From the NCBI GenBank assembly GCA_050575255.1, contig JBNZDD010013686.1, positions 2,851,286 through 2,915,285 on the forward strand: a DNA stretch of 64,000 nucleotides. Direction: 5' to 3'. Source of the stretch: Harriotta raleighana. Lineage: Eukaryota. Below are positions 38,931 through 51,600 of the stretch, piece by piece (the first letter of the stretch is position 1; every line of letters starts with the position of its first letter). The position numbers were made by a program, and so were the translations under genes. The notes under the pieces are model-generated. The model worked only from the letters and a program-made list of their open reading frames with translations, had not been told where the DNA came from and searched no databases.

Positions 38931-39811
38931 TTAGATATGATTTTTGTGCTTGAATGTTGGCTAAGAATGACTTCTTGTTCCATTGCAAAATGACATTGTC
39001 ATCGCCAGTCGCTATATCTAGCTGCAAAAGGAACTAAAGTACTCCGTTTATTAAACTCAGCTGCAAGATGTATAAAGTGGAGTCTCATTTCCACACACAC
39101 ACACACAAAACAATTTTGTTACTTAAATTATTTTAATTGATCAAGTGGCATCAGTATGAGGAATTTTCTCCCATTTCTTTTTCCGAAATTACATTCATTC
39201 GTTCTCGGCAACAGTTCCACCTGTATCAGTTTTTTGTCCAAGTTGCCATTTCTAATACAGACACATGCAGTTTCCCACAAGACGAATAGGAAACCTATCT
39301 GATTTTCGCTCTCTAATTGAAATCCAGAGATTCTGAGTTCAATGTCTGCAACCCAACTTATTGGTAAATTGCAAAATACTGTAATGGGAGGGAATAAATT
39401 AAAGACAATCACACATAAAGATTAAAAAGGACATTTGAAGTTAAATGCTCGAAAATGCTCGAACAGAGAAGCCATGGGGGTGAACGATAGAATGGGATTA
39501 GACATTTCATATGGAGGAAAAGACTAGTATAGATTTCTTGAGGCAAATGGCCTGTTTCTGTGCTGTAACATTGGATGATTGAACAGTGACGAGCGGGAGG
39601 TAGGGTGGACTTTCTGGAGGGATGAAGCAGGACAAGATGAAAGGACTTTTTAATCCAAACCAATCTTGTGGTCTTTCGCTGAACCCTTCCTGGGGATTGA
39701 ACCTGTAACTTCCTGGTGTGGATGGTTTGGTGCTGCAGAGGGTGTGAGGGGTTGTATTATCCACCCTCAAATGGATGATTCAGCCTTTTATGCAGTCATT
39801 GTATTGCTTAA

Positions 39812-40375
39812 AATAATAATAGTAATAATAGCTGCCTTTGATATAGTGCCTTACATCAGGTTGTTGAGAAGTCTCAAAGCCCCTCACAGAATATACCATA
39901 AAGTGAATCGACTGTGTATTCTGTGGGCGAAATGTGACAGGCAATTGACATCTGGAATTTAGCATAATTACTCAATTCTGCTTCACAGATTCTGGCTTGT
40001 CCTGGCGAGGTGCCTGGGCTCTGCGCATGAGTAAGCGTCTCCCATTGAATGTTTGACACACACATGTTGGAGTCGAACTCGAGGCCTGTAGCTCAGCAGT
40101 GAGAGCACTTGCCTTGCCAGTGAGAGACCTGGGTTCAATTCCCGGCCCTGGCAAAACTGTGGGCAAGACGCCTGATAATAATCCCTCAAGAAAAAAAAAA
40201 AAAATCGCTCACTTCACTCCATGACTGTTTGTGGGACACTGCTGTACGCAATCGGCTGCCGCGTTTCACCCACAAATACACAGACAATTCACTTTTGCAG
40301 CATAACCTGTGAAACGCTTTGAGACGTCTAGAAAATGTGAAATGGATTGTATTAAATGCAAGGATTATGATTATT
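39812..40375. mobile_element. Two SINE copies in opposite orientation (39812-39960 minus; 40085-40375 plus)
   Basis: Tail, core and head motifs; last substantial TEs before the TE-poor domain. Confidence 0.85.
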
Positions 40376-43300
40376 TAACATGTGTGACTTGCTCCTCTAC
40401 AGTGTAAGTAAGCCACAGCAACTGCAAGTTCGCTTGTCCCCTCTGCTCAACAATTAAACATGGATTTCAAGTGACTTTTTTTATTAAAATTTTTTTATCA
40501 TACCCTGGAGTTAATCATTTAAGCAAATTTAGCTTGAAATTCGCCTCGCCAAACCGAGGAAATAGTTATTACTTTATTGGATGATGTAAAAATAAGAATC
40601 TAAAATTTGTTTTCACTTTTGGAGGAGATTGTGTGAGGTGTTTGTGTGTGTGTGTGTGTGTGTGTGTGGGGGGAGGTGGGATTTCGGTTGAGTTTTCCTT
40701 TCCACTGAGATAAGACGTGGAAACGGAAACAATTGCAGTAATATATACATCATTAGCCTATGCATGAAGCTGGCCTGATCCTGGATAATTGAATTAAACG
40801 CTATGATTATGATTCGATCCTTGGGGAGCTGAACTCTTTTTGTGCAAATCACGCCTCAATGTGCCAGTGAGTCGCGAGTGTTTACCGAGCAAGATAAACA
40901 CACATCTCTCACACACATCTACCTCCCTCTCTCTCTCTCTCCCCCTCTTCCCCCCCCTCTCTCTCTCTTCCTTCCTCCCTCCATCCCTCCCTCCCTGCCT
41001 CCCACAGCACTCCTTGCAGCAGCAGCATCCTCCCTCGGTTCCTTCCCAGACATTGTTGTGCGTTCGACTCTCATTGAAACGGGATTGCTCCCCGACCTCG
41101 TAAAGTGCAGCTAAGCCTGTGTTGTGTTGTGTGGAGAAATGGTTAGGTATTTGCTCTGTGTGACTCTCTCCCTCCCTTCTCTCTCTCTCTCTCCCTCTCT
41201 CTTTCTCTCTCAGTTGCTGAAAGAAGTCACTGAGTACCATCCAAATGTAACGCGTCCCCTCTCTGTAGCGCAAATCTATTTTTGCGCGAACTTAAAAGAG
41301 TAGCGCAGAGAGAGAGAGAGAGACAAACACTCAACCTCTTTTTTCGCTCTGTCCATCCCGATGACTGTCCCGGGGTTCGTATCTTTCCAAAGAACTTTAC
41401 TCGATGTTGCTTGCGATTAAGTAACGCGTCACATCAGTACCCCATAAACTCAAAAGGATTGACAGGCATCGCAAATGGACAGTTTGAATCGTGTTATATA
41501 TGCACATATATATCTATATATATATATGTGTGTGTGTATTAAGAAAGGGAAGAGACTAAACGATTAATATCATCACTGTGAGTAGAAGCGAATTCGATTT
41601 GTTTTGTGTCGAGCTAACGCAGTATTTTCGAGCAGTTTAATGTCTCTCTCTGTGTGTGTGCGTGTGTGTGTGTTTTTTCTCTCTCTCAATCGTAGGCATA
41701 TCTGCTTACTGTATCTTTTTTTTCCAGAACGAAGCACTCTCCGGGAAAAAGGCAACCAATTGATATCTGGGATTTAGCAATAAATACTGAACAGAAAATC
41801 TGCTTCACAGATACCCTGGCTTGGTCCTGCAACTCTTTCGAACTTGTCCAGTTCATTTTGGAAACGCGAAGATTTCATCCAAGAAGAAAAAATGGGGGAA
41901 GAGGGGGGAAATCGAGCATTTAAAAAAATTTTTTTTTTTAACAAATTTGGAATTATTATTTTTTTGTTTTGTTCTTGAACTTGTCATTGTAGATCTGGTG
42001 TCCGAACTCTGTGAAGACTTCATTGACAGTTTTGAGTTCGATAAGTCAGTTCTGACTCGTGTGAAAAACATGTGCCCCATTCAATCATACCATCATTCAA
42101 ACTAAAGTGATGAGACGAACGAGAGAGAAGGGGGGAGGGAGGGTGATGGTATAATTAACTGTGTACCTTATTTTCAGAGTTGAAGCATGGCTATAACGAA
42201 GCCTCGACTCTTGTTGATGTGTGTGTTATCCATTTTTAATCAGAAAAAAAATGATATTTGTTTGAGTTTGGTTTGTCTTGCAGCCTAGATTTCGTGCAAA
42301 AAAAATGTGTCCTTCCTGGTTGGATAAGGCTTAGCTTTCTGCTGTGTGTTTGATCTGTGCTTGCTCAACAAATCCCATTCGTCGAATATACTTTTTGTTT
42401 TCCTCTAGTCACTTCACTCGTCTCCAACTTTATTTGAATCAGCTCCGTGGTGGGGGGGGGGGGGGGGGGAAAAAAAAAANNNNNNNNNNNNNNNNNNNNN
42501 NNNNNNNNNNNNNNNNNNNNNNNNNAAGAAAAAATGTTTGTTCCCCCAAAGATGTTACGAAAGAAAATTTCTGATATTCTATTTATATTTACTGAAAAAT
42601 GTTAAGTTTAAAACCGATGCTAAACAGATTGTTGTGAGTGTGGAAAGATGATGGGCGGTGGGGGTNTTAAAACAGATGCTAAACAGATTGTTGTGAGTGT
42701 GGAAAGATGATGGGCGGTGGGGGTGGCGGGTGAATATAACTGAATATAGCAATAATATCATGATTTTGCCCACCCCCCAAAAAAACTCTCTGATGCTGCC
42801 TTGAAATAAGATCAATATTTCCTTTAAACGGCCAGCGAATGACAAAAACACATTCGTTTGGGTGACTGACACTCGAGAAGAATCAAGCTTGAAGTCGCGA
42901 ATAAATGAATAAGTATAGGCGGTATAATAACACGAACTCAGAAGTATACACGTACTGATAGCAAGTGATAATAACATGTAATAATAACGTGTTTCTAAAT
43001 ACATGCTACCAGGAGCGACGTGAAAGAAATTGGTTGAAGTCATATGGGACTTTTTATTTGTGAACTCCATCCACCAACCCCCCCCCCGCCCCCATCATCA
43101 GATTTTCTATTCACATGTAGAAATGAGAGATTGGTGAACAGCCTTAGAACTGAATAGGCAAATTGAAATGAACACAGACTCAGTTCGCAAAACAGCCTCT
43201 CTCCATCGTCGTGTTTTGTCTGGCCACGGATGGAATATCATCAATTTATTTAATCTGACCGAAACACACACACACACACTGTCTAAACTTGCTAATGCCA

Positions 43301-44003
43301 AGACACATGCTTGTGTGTCCGACTTTCTCGTTTCTTATTGGGGGTGTTTTGCGCCTTTTAGTTCGTGAAGCCCAACAAGTTCAACTGTGTTTGTGTCAAC
43401 GTTTGATCGATAAGTCGCAGCCCGGAGTCTTCGATTATATCAGACACATTTTGAATTGGATTATTAACAGTATTATATGTTTTTTTTAATATCGCGAATC
43501 ACACAAACAGCTTGAAGAGACAGAGAAAACGATAGACATCGTAATATTTTTAGATTTTAAATAAAAACTAAACCGAGTGATGAGGTTTGTAACTTTCTTT
43601 TCACAACAAAAAGAGAACGAGAATATTAAACGAAGACTAAAAGATGAGCGTTTGAGCTGCAAATGATACAGGGGTAACACAGACGAGAAAGTTATTCAGT
43701 GTTGGATCGAAAGATACTAACACTAGTTGACAGCTGAAGGAAAAACTCAATGAAGTTCAATTGCTTTCGTTTCTATCAACATCACCCTATATGCTATATA
43801 CATTATATATCTATCTGCAAACATATATATATATATTATCGGCACACACACAGGGTTAGTTATTTTCATATACATTTAATCTAATGTTTTCTGAATGAGA
43901 ATTGTGCGTTTGAAGCCCAGATGTACTTTTGCTGAGAGTATGTATGTGTCGGGCTCATCCCAACAGAGAATATTTCTATTATTGTAATAAATAAGATTCG
44001 CCT

Positions 44004-44110
44004 AATAATAATAAGAAGAATCTTTGCATTCGATAAGGCGCTTTATCACGTCTTCAAGGCGCCTCAAAGCGCTTCAGAGAATGAAAGGTATCGCAAAGCG
44101 AATCGGTTGT
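44004..44110 (-). mobile_element. Lone SINE tail fragment inside the TE-poor domain
   Basis: ctttgcattcgataaggcgctttatcacgtcttcaaggcgcctcaaagcgcttca; retains its CpGs. Confidence 0.7.
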
Positions 44111-44754
44111 ATACGTTGACAGTAAGGTTACAACACTGCAGCAACTGAGGGAAGCGACTTTTGTCTTCCCTTGACAATATCCAACAGAAAGCCAACCGTC
44201 AAATAGTTTTGACTCCTATAATTAATCGCAAGAGTCTGCGCGCTGCTGGACTGATGTTAAAATTTGAATCGTGATTGAAATGCGTTTTATTCTCAAGTAA
44301 AGGAAATCCGAATCCAACGAAAGGTCTGTCATTTGATGGAAAGATATATACACTCGTCATAACTAACTCGTACTGTTTAGCGAGTTCACAGTGTGTTGTC
44401 CAGGAAAGCACCTGGTGAACACAGAGACGAGAAACACCGACAAAACACACAACTTTGTCTCTTCAGACAAGAGTATGTGAAAGTTGTCTAAGATTGTCGG
44501 GGGTGAAACGAGGCCAGATTCAGTCACTGGCTGGGATATTATAGAATGAACTACAGTTATGGTATTGCATTGCTATATAAGCTTATTTTTTTCTTTTTAA
44601 ACGCCACATCCAAAGCAGTTTAAAGCGATGTGTCCAAAACAAGAAATCGGACATGGGTCAGGGGACGAAATTTTCGGCTCACAATATAAAAAAAACATAA
44701 ATGACAACTTTTGAGAGGTCTTTACAGTTATAGACAGAATACTTACTATGTCAA

Positions 44755-44789
<35 letters not shown>

Positions 44790-47700
44790 AAAGAGAGAAA
44801 GTATCCATCTTGTTTACAATGGCTGTTGTACAAACCTACTGAAGATCAAATAACCGACACGTCAACTTTCACAGAAACCAGTGAAATATATTGAAGGCAA
44901 TAATTTGGGGGAGTTTTAACGTAATTGATAAAACTATACCGTAATTATATATATATCAATAGATTAAGTATCGCGAATGGGAAACAAATTGACTTATTAT
45001 CCAGTTCTTTTATATTTAAGTGTGCGATTAATGGATTTTTTTTTATTAACACATCAAATCATGTAGTTTTTAAGACCATTAAGCAATCACGGATTACTTC
45101 TTCTTAAAAACATGGGCGCAAATTAAATAGAAACTATTAGAATGCAAACTGTACATCAAACTCGCTCCAAAAGAGATGGATTCTGTTGGCTGCATAGATC
45201 GATAAATACAGTTGAACGTCACTGGAGGAAAAGGACTAGGAGAAAAAGAGAATTAAAAAATAAAAAAAAGTTGCCCCTTAATTTCGGTTCGAGGATAAAC
45301 TCAAACCCTCGTGCGCTGGAGGTGGGATGACTGTAAGCAAACAGTCGCAATGTTAATAGGAAGCTCTGCAATTCTTTGATATATCTATATATAAGTATAT
45401 CAATATATATTACAATATTCTTACACTATAAGATACACTATCGTGTACAAGCCTCTGTGTTGAGGTTTCCGTGTGATTGCCATTTGAGCAAAACTGCCTG
45501 CACAGCCCTGACAGCCATGTCGATTGGCATCAACCAGAGCATTGAAACTGGACGGTGACATGTAAAGAGAATCTCCCCTGCGGCAAGAATAAACGTATGA
45601 AAAGCATGTCGACTCGTGTGATGATACAGTCGGTAGCTAGTGTGGTCTTTGGATTACTTTTAATGACGTTAACCTGAAGATTCCTCGCCATACAGCTCAG
45701 TCAAGTGGACTCAGGGAGAATTCAAGGCTCGAGAGAATATATATATATATATATATACACACACACTCGACCGACTTGTTACTAGTGACCGACATTACTT
45801 GCATTTTGAACTGCAGGAAGCTTCATGGGCAGAAGTAGGCTTTTCCCCCCCAAAACAACCCAGTTAGAAAATAAATAAAACACAGTTGCCTCCGACAAAG
45901 CGTTATTCCGCTTGGAAATACAAATGGCCTGTGAAGGTATTCTTTTTCCTTAAATGACAACCTCCAGGGAATAATGAAACCAGATCCTGCACAATTAATT
46001 GTATCGTACGTATCCCCACCGTCACTTCGTAACTGTCCGGGGGAGGGGAGGGGGGGGGGAGGGAAAGGGATGGGGAAGTGGAATTAAGTTTAACGCTGTC
46101 TGAATTGATAACCTGCGTTTCAGGGACACTGGTCACTTCGCTTTGCAAAGTGTAGATCCGGATTGTAATTGGCTTATTTAAACCCCTTGACCTACAGCCA
46201 TTTCAAACAGAGAAACACATAAGTCCCCACCCCCCAAAAAANCACACACACACACACACGTAAAAGATGATCACCCAATTCAGAAACACACGCTTCTCTT
46301 CCCCCAACCATTTTCGTTAAACCGTACACTTTAGTGACCAGACTGGAAAGCAAAGCTAGAGTGCAAGAATTTAGAAAATTATCAGACTGCGGAGGGGGGA
46401 GGGGGGGGGGGTCAAAGAGTGGAAGGTGGGTTTGAAGACGACACACAATCGCCCTGCAAAATTCCAGTTCACAAATAGTTACTTAAAACTACTGAAATGA
46501 TAGATACCGTGTGGAAATTTAAATGTAAATCGGCTCATCCTTTATATATATATAATATACATATATGTGTGTGTACGTAGATAAAATATATACACACAGA
46601 GCGTATAAAATAATCTGTAGATTTCAGTTGAAACGCCAATCCCTATATATAGAGACAGCGAGATAAATGCAGACAGAATGTGTCTCTCTGGCCTGAAGGG
46701 AGCTTCTCAAGGGAGATTGAGACTCGGGGAAGGGTTTACAGGGCTTTTGAGTTTCCAAACAAGGGGACGCACAGGAAGCGAGCGCCGCGTTAGCTAAATA
46801 AAAGTTTCTTTTTTAAAAAAAAAAGTTCTTGGGCAAAACAAACTTTAAAATCCTTTTTTTTAAAAAAAATAAACAAAAAGATGTCGAACCATTCAATTTA
46901 ACACCAATCGGCTTCTTAAGGCAGAAGTTTCCAAACATCTGAGTGAAATAAAACAAGTTGACTTTGATTTACTGAAACACTTGTTGAATTCTCCCGATTT
47001 CCCCCTNAAAAAAAAAAGTTCTTGGGCAAAACAAACTTTAAAATCCTTTTTTTTAAAAAAATAAACAAAAAGATGTCGAACCATTCAATTTAACACCAAT
47101 CGGCTTCTTAAGGCAGAAGTTTCCAAACATCTGAGTGAAATAAAACAAGTTGACTTTGATTTACTGAAACACTTGTTGAATTCTCCCGATTTTCCCCTCC
47201 CAACCCCCATTCCACCCGCCCAATGTTGTGGGATTAGTGAACTATTTGCAAGCAGTCTCCCACTCTCTCACCTCCCACTCTCTACCTGCCATCTGCCCTG
47301 TGGCAAGGAGTGGTTTTTAAAAAAAAAATTCTCGGGGGTGGAGAGAAGAAGAAACATACACACACACATCCTTAGCAACAAAATACTTGAAAGCTAAATC
47401 CGCATTAGGCGGATGACTTTTTTTTCTCTCTCTCTCCCCCCCCACCCAAACAATCATTGCAATCGATCGCTTTACAGCTATCAGCGAAACTGAGCAGTTT
47501 GCAAACGATCTGGGCTCATTAACAGCCTATTTGAGGGGTGGAGGAGGAGGGTGTGAGGTGGTGGGGGGGGGGGGGAGAGAAAGACACACAAAAAAACACT
47601 TGAACTGCCACAAACAGGCTGAACATTTTTGTTTCTCGCCTTTTCGGTGATTTCGATTTTTAAAAAAAAAAAAGCAAAACAAAAGAGAATATAGATGCCG

Positions 47701-48139
47701 ACTTCTGAGAGGGTTGGAAGAGAGAGATGAATGGATACAATTGTAAGGTTGCTACCATATACAGTCCCGTATCCCACCCCCCCCCCCACCCCCCTTTGCC
47801 ATAGCAAGATTTCTACACAGTTACAGCAATAGCAACAAGATCCCTTTTTTGGGGAAAAAAAACTTTTTTTTTTGAGAAAACATGGAAGTTTAAGTTTCTT
47901 TTCCCCTCAATTGCGTGTCTATTTTTCTCAAAATCTCTAGATAGCTGGGTGGGGATGAATACAGTGTGTAAATATATATATATATATGTAGATATATATA
48001 TTTTAATAAAGAGTGACACGAAATCTTAACTGATTATAAATGTGTTCAGTCACGCAAAGGTAGTGTTAATCACACTTGCCTGGGAGTGTTTTGGCAACAA
48101 CGCGACTTCCCGAACACGCAGACAAGACGCCTTTGCAGC

Positions 48140-49335
48140 TTTTTGTAAAAATTTATTCATCCTCATTCTGCAACATGAGCTGGAGATCTGTAGAAACCTC
48201 ATTAGTCAACTAAAAAAAAGCATCTCTGCTCGTCTCGATATAATTACTCAATCGATATGGTAAAACATTATTCCACAAGTCATCTCACAAATAACTGTGA
48301 AACACATAAGTCCATATTACACAGGTTAATAATGCTCACAAGCTTTCCAGAAAAAAAAGTAAAACACAAAAAAAATTTTTTACTATAAATTAAAACCTGC
48401 GTTGCGACCCGCACAGTCTTGTTTTTATTTTTTTTAAAAAAAAGGTAGTTAAAACCTAAAATGGAAAAAAAAAATCCAGTTAAAACAAAACCAATCTACA
48501 AGTTTTTCTCTCTCTCTCTCGCGTGAGTTTGAATAAAGCCAGCGCGATGGTTTGGGGACGAAATATCTACAAATACGAATGTGCGTAAACGTTTTCTCCT
48601 TTTAAAACTTGAAATGAAGTTTGTGTGTTTTTTTGTTCTTCTCTCACCGTTTCGATGTCGCCGTTTAATCTGAAGCCATTAAAAAGTCACAAGGCTGTAA
48701 TGCAAGTCTCTGCTTGTGTGTGTGTGTGTGTTTTGAGTGTGTGTGTGTGTGTGTATGTATAATATATAAAAGTTGGCATCTTAAAAGTCTGTCCATCCGT
48801 GTGTGTCAACGTCGATTGCCCACTTGTGAGAAAACACTAAAAGCTTCAGCGTTTTTTTTGAGGGGGGGGAGGGAGGGAGAAGGAGAGGAGGGGGTTGGAA
48901 CCCATGTTCAACTCTAGTAAAAAGATATGTTATCATAAACGCAGCGAGAATTTCCTTCCTCCAGATATTGTTCATACAACAAAATAATCTGACGGGGATC
49001 TGTACTGTACCTCTCTTTTTTGTTGTTGTTGTTGTGGTGGTGGTCGTTGGGGGGGGGGGTGGGGGGAGAGGAAAAAAAAAGTTGCATTTTTTTTTAAGCT
49101 CCAAAAATGCAAGCGCTTGTTTTCCTATAGAAAGTCTGAAAGCCCAGATTGGAGCGGGGAGGGGGGGTTGGGGGGGGGGGGGGGGGGGGGNNNNNNNNNN
49201 AAGTAAATTGAGTCTATTTTTGAGTGTGTGTGTATGTGTGTGTGGAGGGAGAGGGGGGGGGAAGGGAGAGAGAGGGAGGGAGAGGAAGGTGTTTATTTTG
49301 TAATTTTTGTTTGTTTGTTGTTGTTGTTGTGTCCT
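48140..49335 (-). other. Probable Sox3 3' UTR
   Basis: U-rich sequence downstream of the stop; candidate AATAAA on minus strand at 48424-48429 and 48152-48157. True end unknown. Confidence 0.5.
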
Positions 49336-50274
49336 TTAGATGTGCGTTAGAGGTACTGTCCCATTTACTCCTGTGCCCGGGACGGTTGTGGTCTGATAAT
49401 GCTGGTGAACACTGTGGAGTCTGCTGGCCTGAGACGCCGGGTCAGTGCCGTCTCCCCCGGGCGGCAAATACATACTGATCATATCCCGGAGGTCTCCCAG
49501 ACAGGCTCCCCGGGAGTGAGGCGTGAGGGGTGGAGGGGTGGTGGGCTCCGACTTGACCATGGAAGCCATGGAGCCCAAGCTCATCCCCGGCGTGTTCTGC
49601 TGGCCGTAGGCAGGCGACATGCTGTAAGTGGAGGCTGCGTTCATGTAGCTCTGGGCGGTGGACATCATGGGGCTGTACTGGAGGCCGGCCATCTCATAGC
49701 GATGCATCTGCTGGATCTGAGGGCTGTTCATACCCGGGTGCTGGGAGTAAGCCAATTGCTCTTGCATCAGCGGGTAGGCGCCGTTGGCCCAGCCGTTGAC
49801 GTGAGGGTAACTGTCCATCCGCTGGCTGACCCCCACGCCGCTGTTGACTGGGTTCGAACCCGGGGCCAGCAGCCCCCCGGGCAGGGAGTACTTGTCCTTC
49901 TTCATCAGGGTTTTGGTCTTCCTCCTGGGTCGGTATTTGTAATCCGGGTGTTCTTTCATGTGCAGAGCTCTCAGGCGCTTGGCTTCGTCGATGAACGGCC
50001 TCTTCTCGGCGTCGGACAGGAGCTTCCAATCGGCTCCCAGCCTTTTGCTGATCTCGGAGTTGTGCATCTTGGGGTTCTCCTGGGCCATCTTCCTGCGCTG
50101 ACCCCTCGACCAGACCATGAAGGCGTTCATGGGTCTCTTGACCCGGTCGGGGTTGTTGTTGTTGCTGCTGTTGCTGCTGTTGTTGGAGTTCTTGCCCACA
50201 GTCGGGTTCCCGACCGTCCCCGAGTTGGGCTGAGGGATGGGGGACTTCAACTCGGTTTCCATCATGCTATACAT
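49336..50274 (-). CDS. sox3: SoxB1 HMG-box transcription factor Sox3, single exon, 312 aa
   Basis: ATG at 50274 ([10 protein letters not shown]). HMG box [44 protein letters not shown]...[10 protein letters not shown], SoxB motif [15 protein letters not shown]. Sox3-type C-terminus ([41 protein letters not shown]; Sox2 ends PLSHM). The ORF-track start at 50337 is a GTG. Confidence 0.93.
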   Translation of the reverse strand: MYSMMETELKSPIPQPNSGTVGNPTVGKNSNNSSNSSNNNNPDRVKRPMNAFMVWSRGQRRKMAQENPKMHNSEISKRLGADWKLLSDAEKRPFIDEAKRLRALHMKEHPDYKYRPRRKTKTLMKKDKYSLPGGLLAPGSNPVNSGVGVSQRMDSYPHVNGWANGAYPLMQEQLAYSQHPGMNSPQIQQMHRYEMAGLQYSPMMSTAQSYMNAASTYSMSPAYGQQNTPGMSLGSMASMVKSEPTTPPPLTPHSRGACLGDLRDMISMYLPPGGDGTDPASQASRLHSVHQHYQTTTVPGTGVNGTVPLTHI

Positions 50275-50559
50275 TCGGCTTGTTGGGTTGGTGGTGGTCG
50301 GTAGAGAAGAGATATACACACCAGCACACACACCCACACAGAGAGAGTCTCAAACACAAAACAACGCGCTCGACTCGGGAGACAAAAATAAGTAGCAGTA
50401 AAAAACACACACACACACACACACACACCCAAGAGAGGAATCCTCAACAGGAAAAGTCTCTTTAAAAAGAATCCGAAAGACGGCCGTACTTACTGCTCTC
50501 TCTTTCTTTCTCCCACTCTCTCTCACTCACTCACTCACTCACACACACTCACTGCACGA

Positions 50560-50690
50560 TCCTCTGCCAAACTTCTGCTGTTGTTCAGGAGTTAAAAGAC
50601 ACCTATCCATGTGATTTAGATTGACAGGCTATAAATGAGCTGCTGGTAACCAATCGCAGCTCGGCTCTTGGATAAACCGGAGCCGGATGA
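50560..50690 (-). promoter_or_regulatory. Sox3 core promoter / TSS region
   Basis: Minus strand reads GATTGG (CCAAT at 50650-50654), CATTTATA, CTGTCAATCT, TCACATGGATAGGTGTCTTTTAACT, ~300-380 bp upstream of the ATG. Layout resembles the Sox2 promoter/5' end as I recall it. Confidence 0.65.
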
Positions 50691-51514
50691 ATTGCTGTTT
50701 AGCAGTAACTAGATTTACTCCCAACTGGCTGAAGTTTTTTTTTATTTGGAAAGTTTTTCTTTCTCTCTCTCAAAAAGATAAATATATAAATAGAAAGAGA
50801 GAGTTGACTAACACACGCAATTCATTTCTTAGCTCGACCTCAAACACGTTTATCCTAAAAAAAACACCCCACAAATGTTCGGACCAAGTTAAAGCCACTC
50901 ATTCACTCTTTTGCTAGGATTTTAAGCAGGTTTTTTTTTGAGGGGAGGGGGGATGGGTAAGGAGCAAGAAAGTTAACTTTCTTCCATTCAGCAGTTTCAA
51001 CCATTCTATTGCCTGGACACAAAAAAAAATCTTAACTTATTCTTTAATTAAAAAAAGGGGGAGGGGGGCTTTGAAAGATCAAGCTTTCTTTCCAAACATA
51101 AACACTCGATTTACAAAGAAAAATCTATTTTTCTCTCTCTCTTAGGATGAAAAGTAAGAAAATGAGAATGGACACGTTTTACGGAATTGGAAAGTGTGTG
51201 TGTGTGTGTGTACTACATTGGATTTCAAACTTATATTGTTTGACATTTGTTGCATGGAGTTTATTTATTTATTTTTTTAAAAAACACAGCATTGTAGACA
51301 TTTAATGAAGAATATCATAGAGGAAGCTTTTTTTTTGTTAAAATCCAGTGCAGGATATCATGAGCTATATATTACATATAAATAAATGTACATTTTTGAA
51401 GACGGCTTTCTCAGACAGACAGGCAGAGGAGCCTCAGTTCAAAGCATATGCCGGATATCCAAATTCTTAACAAGCTCCAGCCCAAGCAAAGCACAAGCGA
51501 GTGAGTGCAGGTGT

Positions 51515-51600
51515 TTTTCTGAATTGGACTCCTGATTGACGGCTGCATCACTTGCCAATCAAACCCGGTTGCGGTCAGTTTCCCCGATTGGAGATTGTTT
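51515..51600. promoter_or_regulatory. Upstream CCAAT (NF-Y) cluster with PBX/PREP-like site
   Basis: ATTGG 51523-51527, TGATTGACGG 51533-51542, CCAAT 51555-51559, ATTGG 51587-51591. Confidence 0.5.

Noticed and set aside
41853-42080. 75-aa Ser/Thr-rich minus-strand ORF
   Set aside because: Runs into low-complexity A/T tracts; no splice or homology support.
42610-42723. ~55-bp tandem duplication
   Set aside because: Straddles a single N; assembly artefact.
46810-47197. ~195-bp exact tandem duplication
   Set aside because: The copies are separated by a single N (47007); unmerged contig overlap.
49399-50304. 301-aa plus-strand ORF antisense to Sox3
   Set aside because: Shadow ORF caused by the GC-rich codon usage of the Sox3 CDS; no recognisable protein features.
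50275-50337. 21-aa N-terminal extension of Sox3
   Set aside because: Starts at GTG in a (GT)n-rich UTR; the conserved SoxB1 start is MYSMME.
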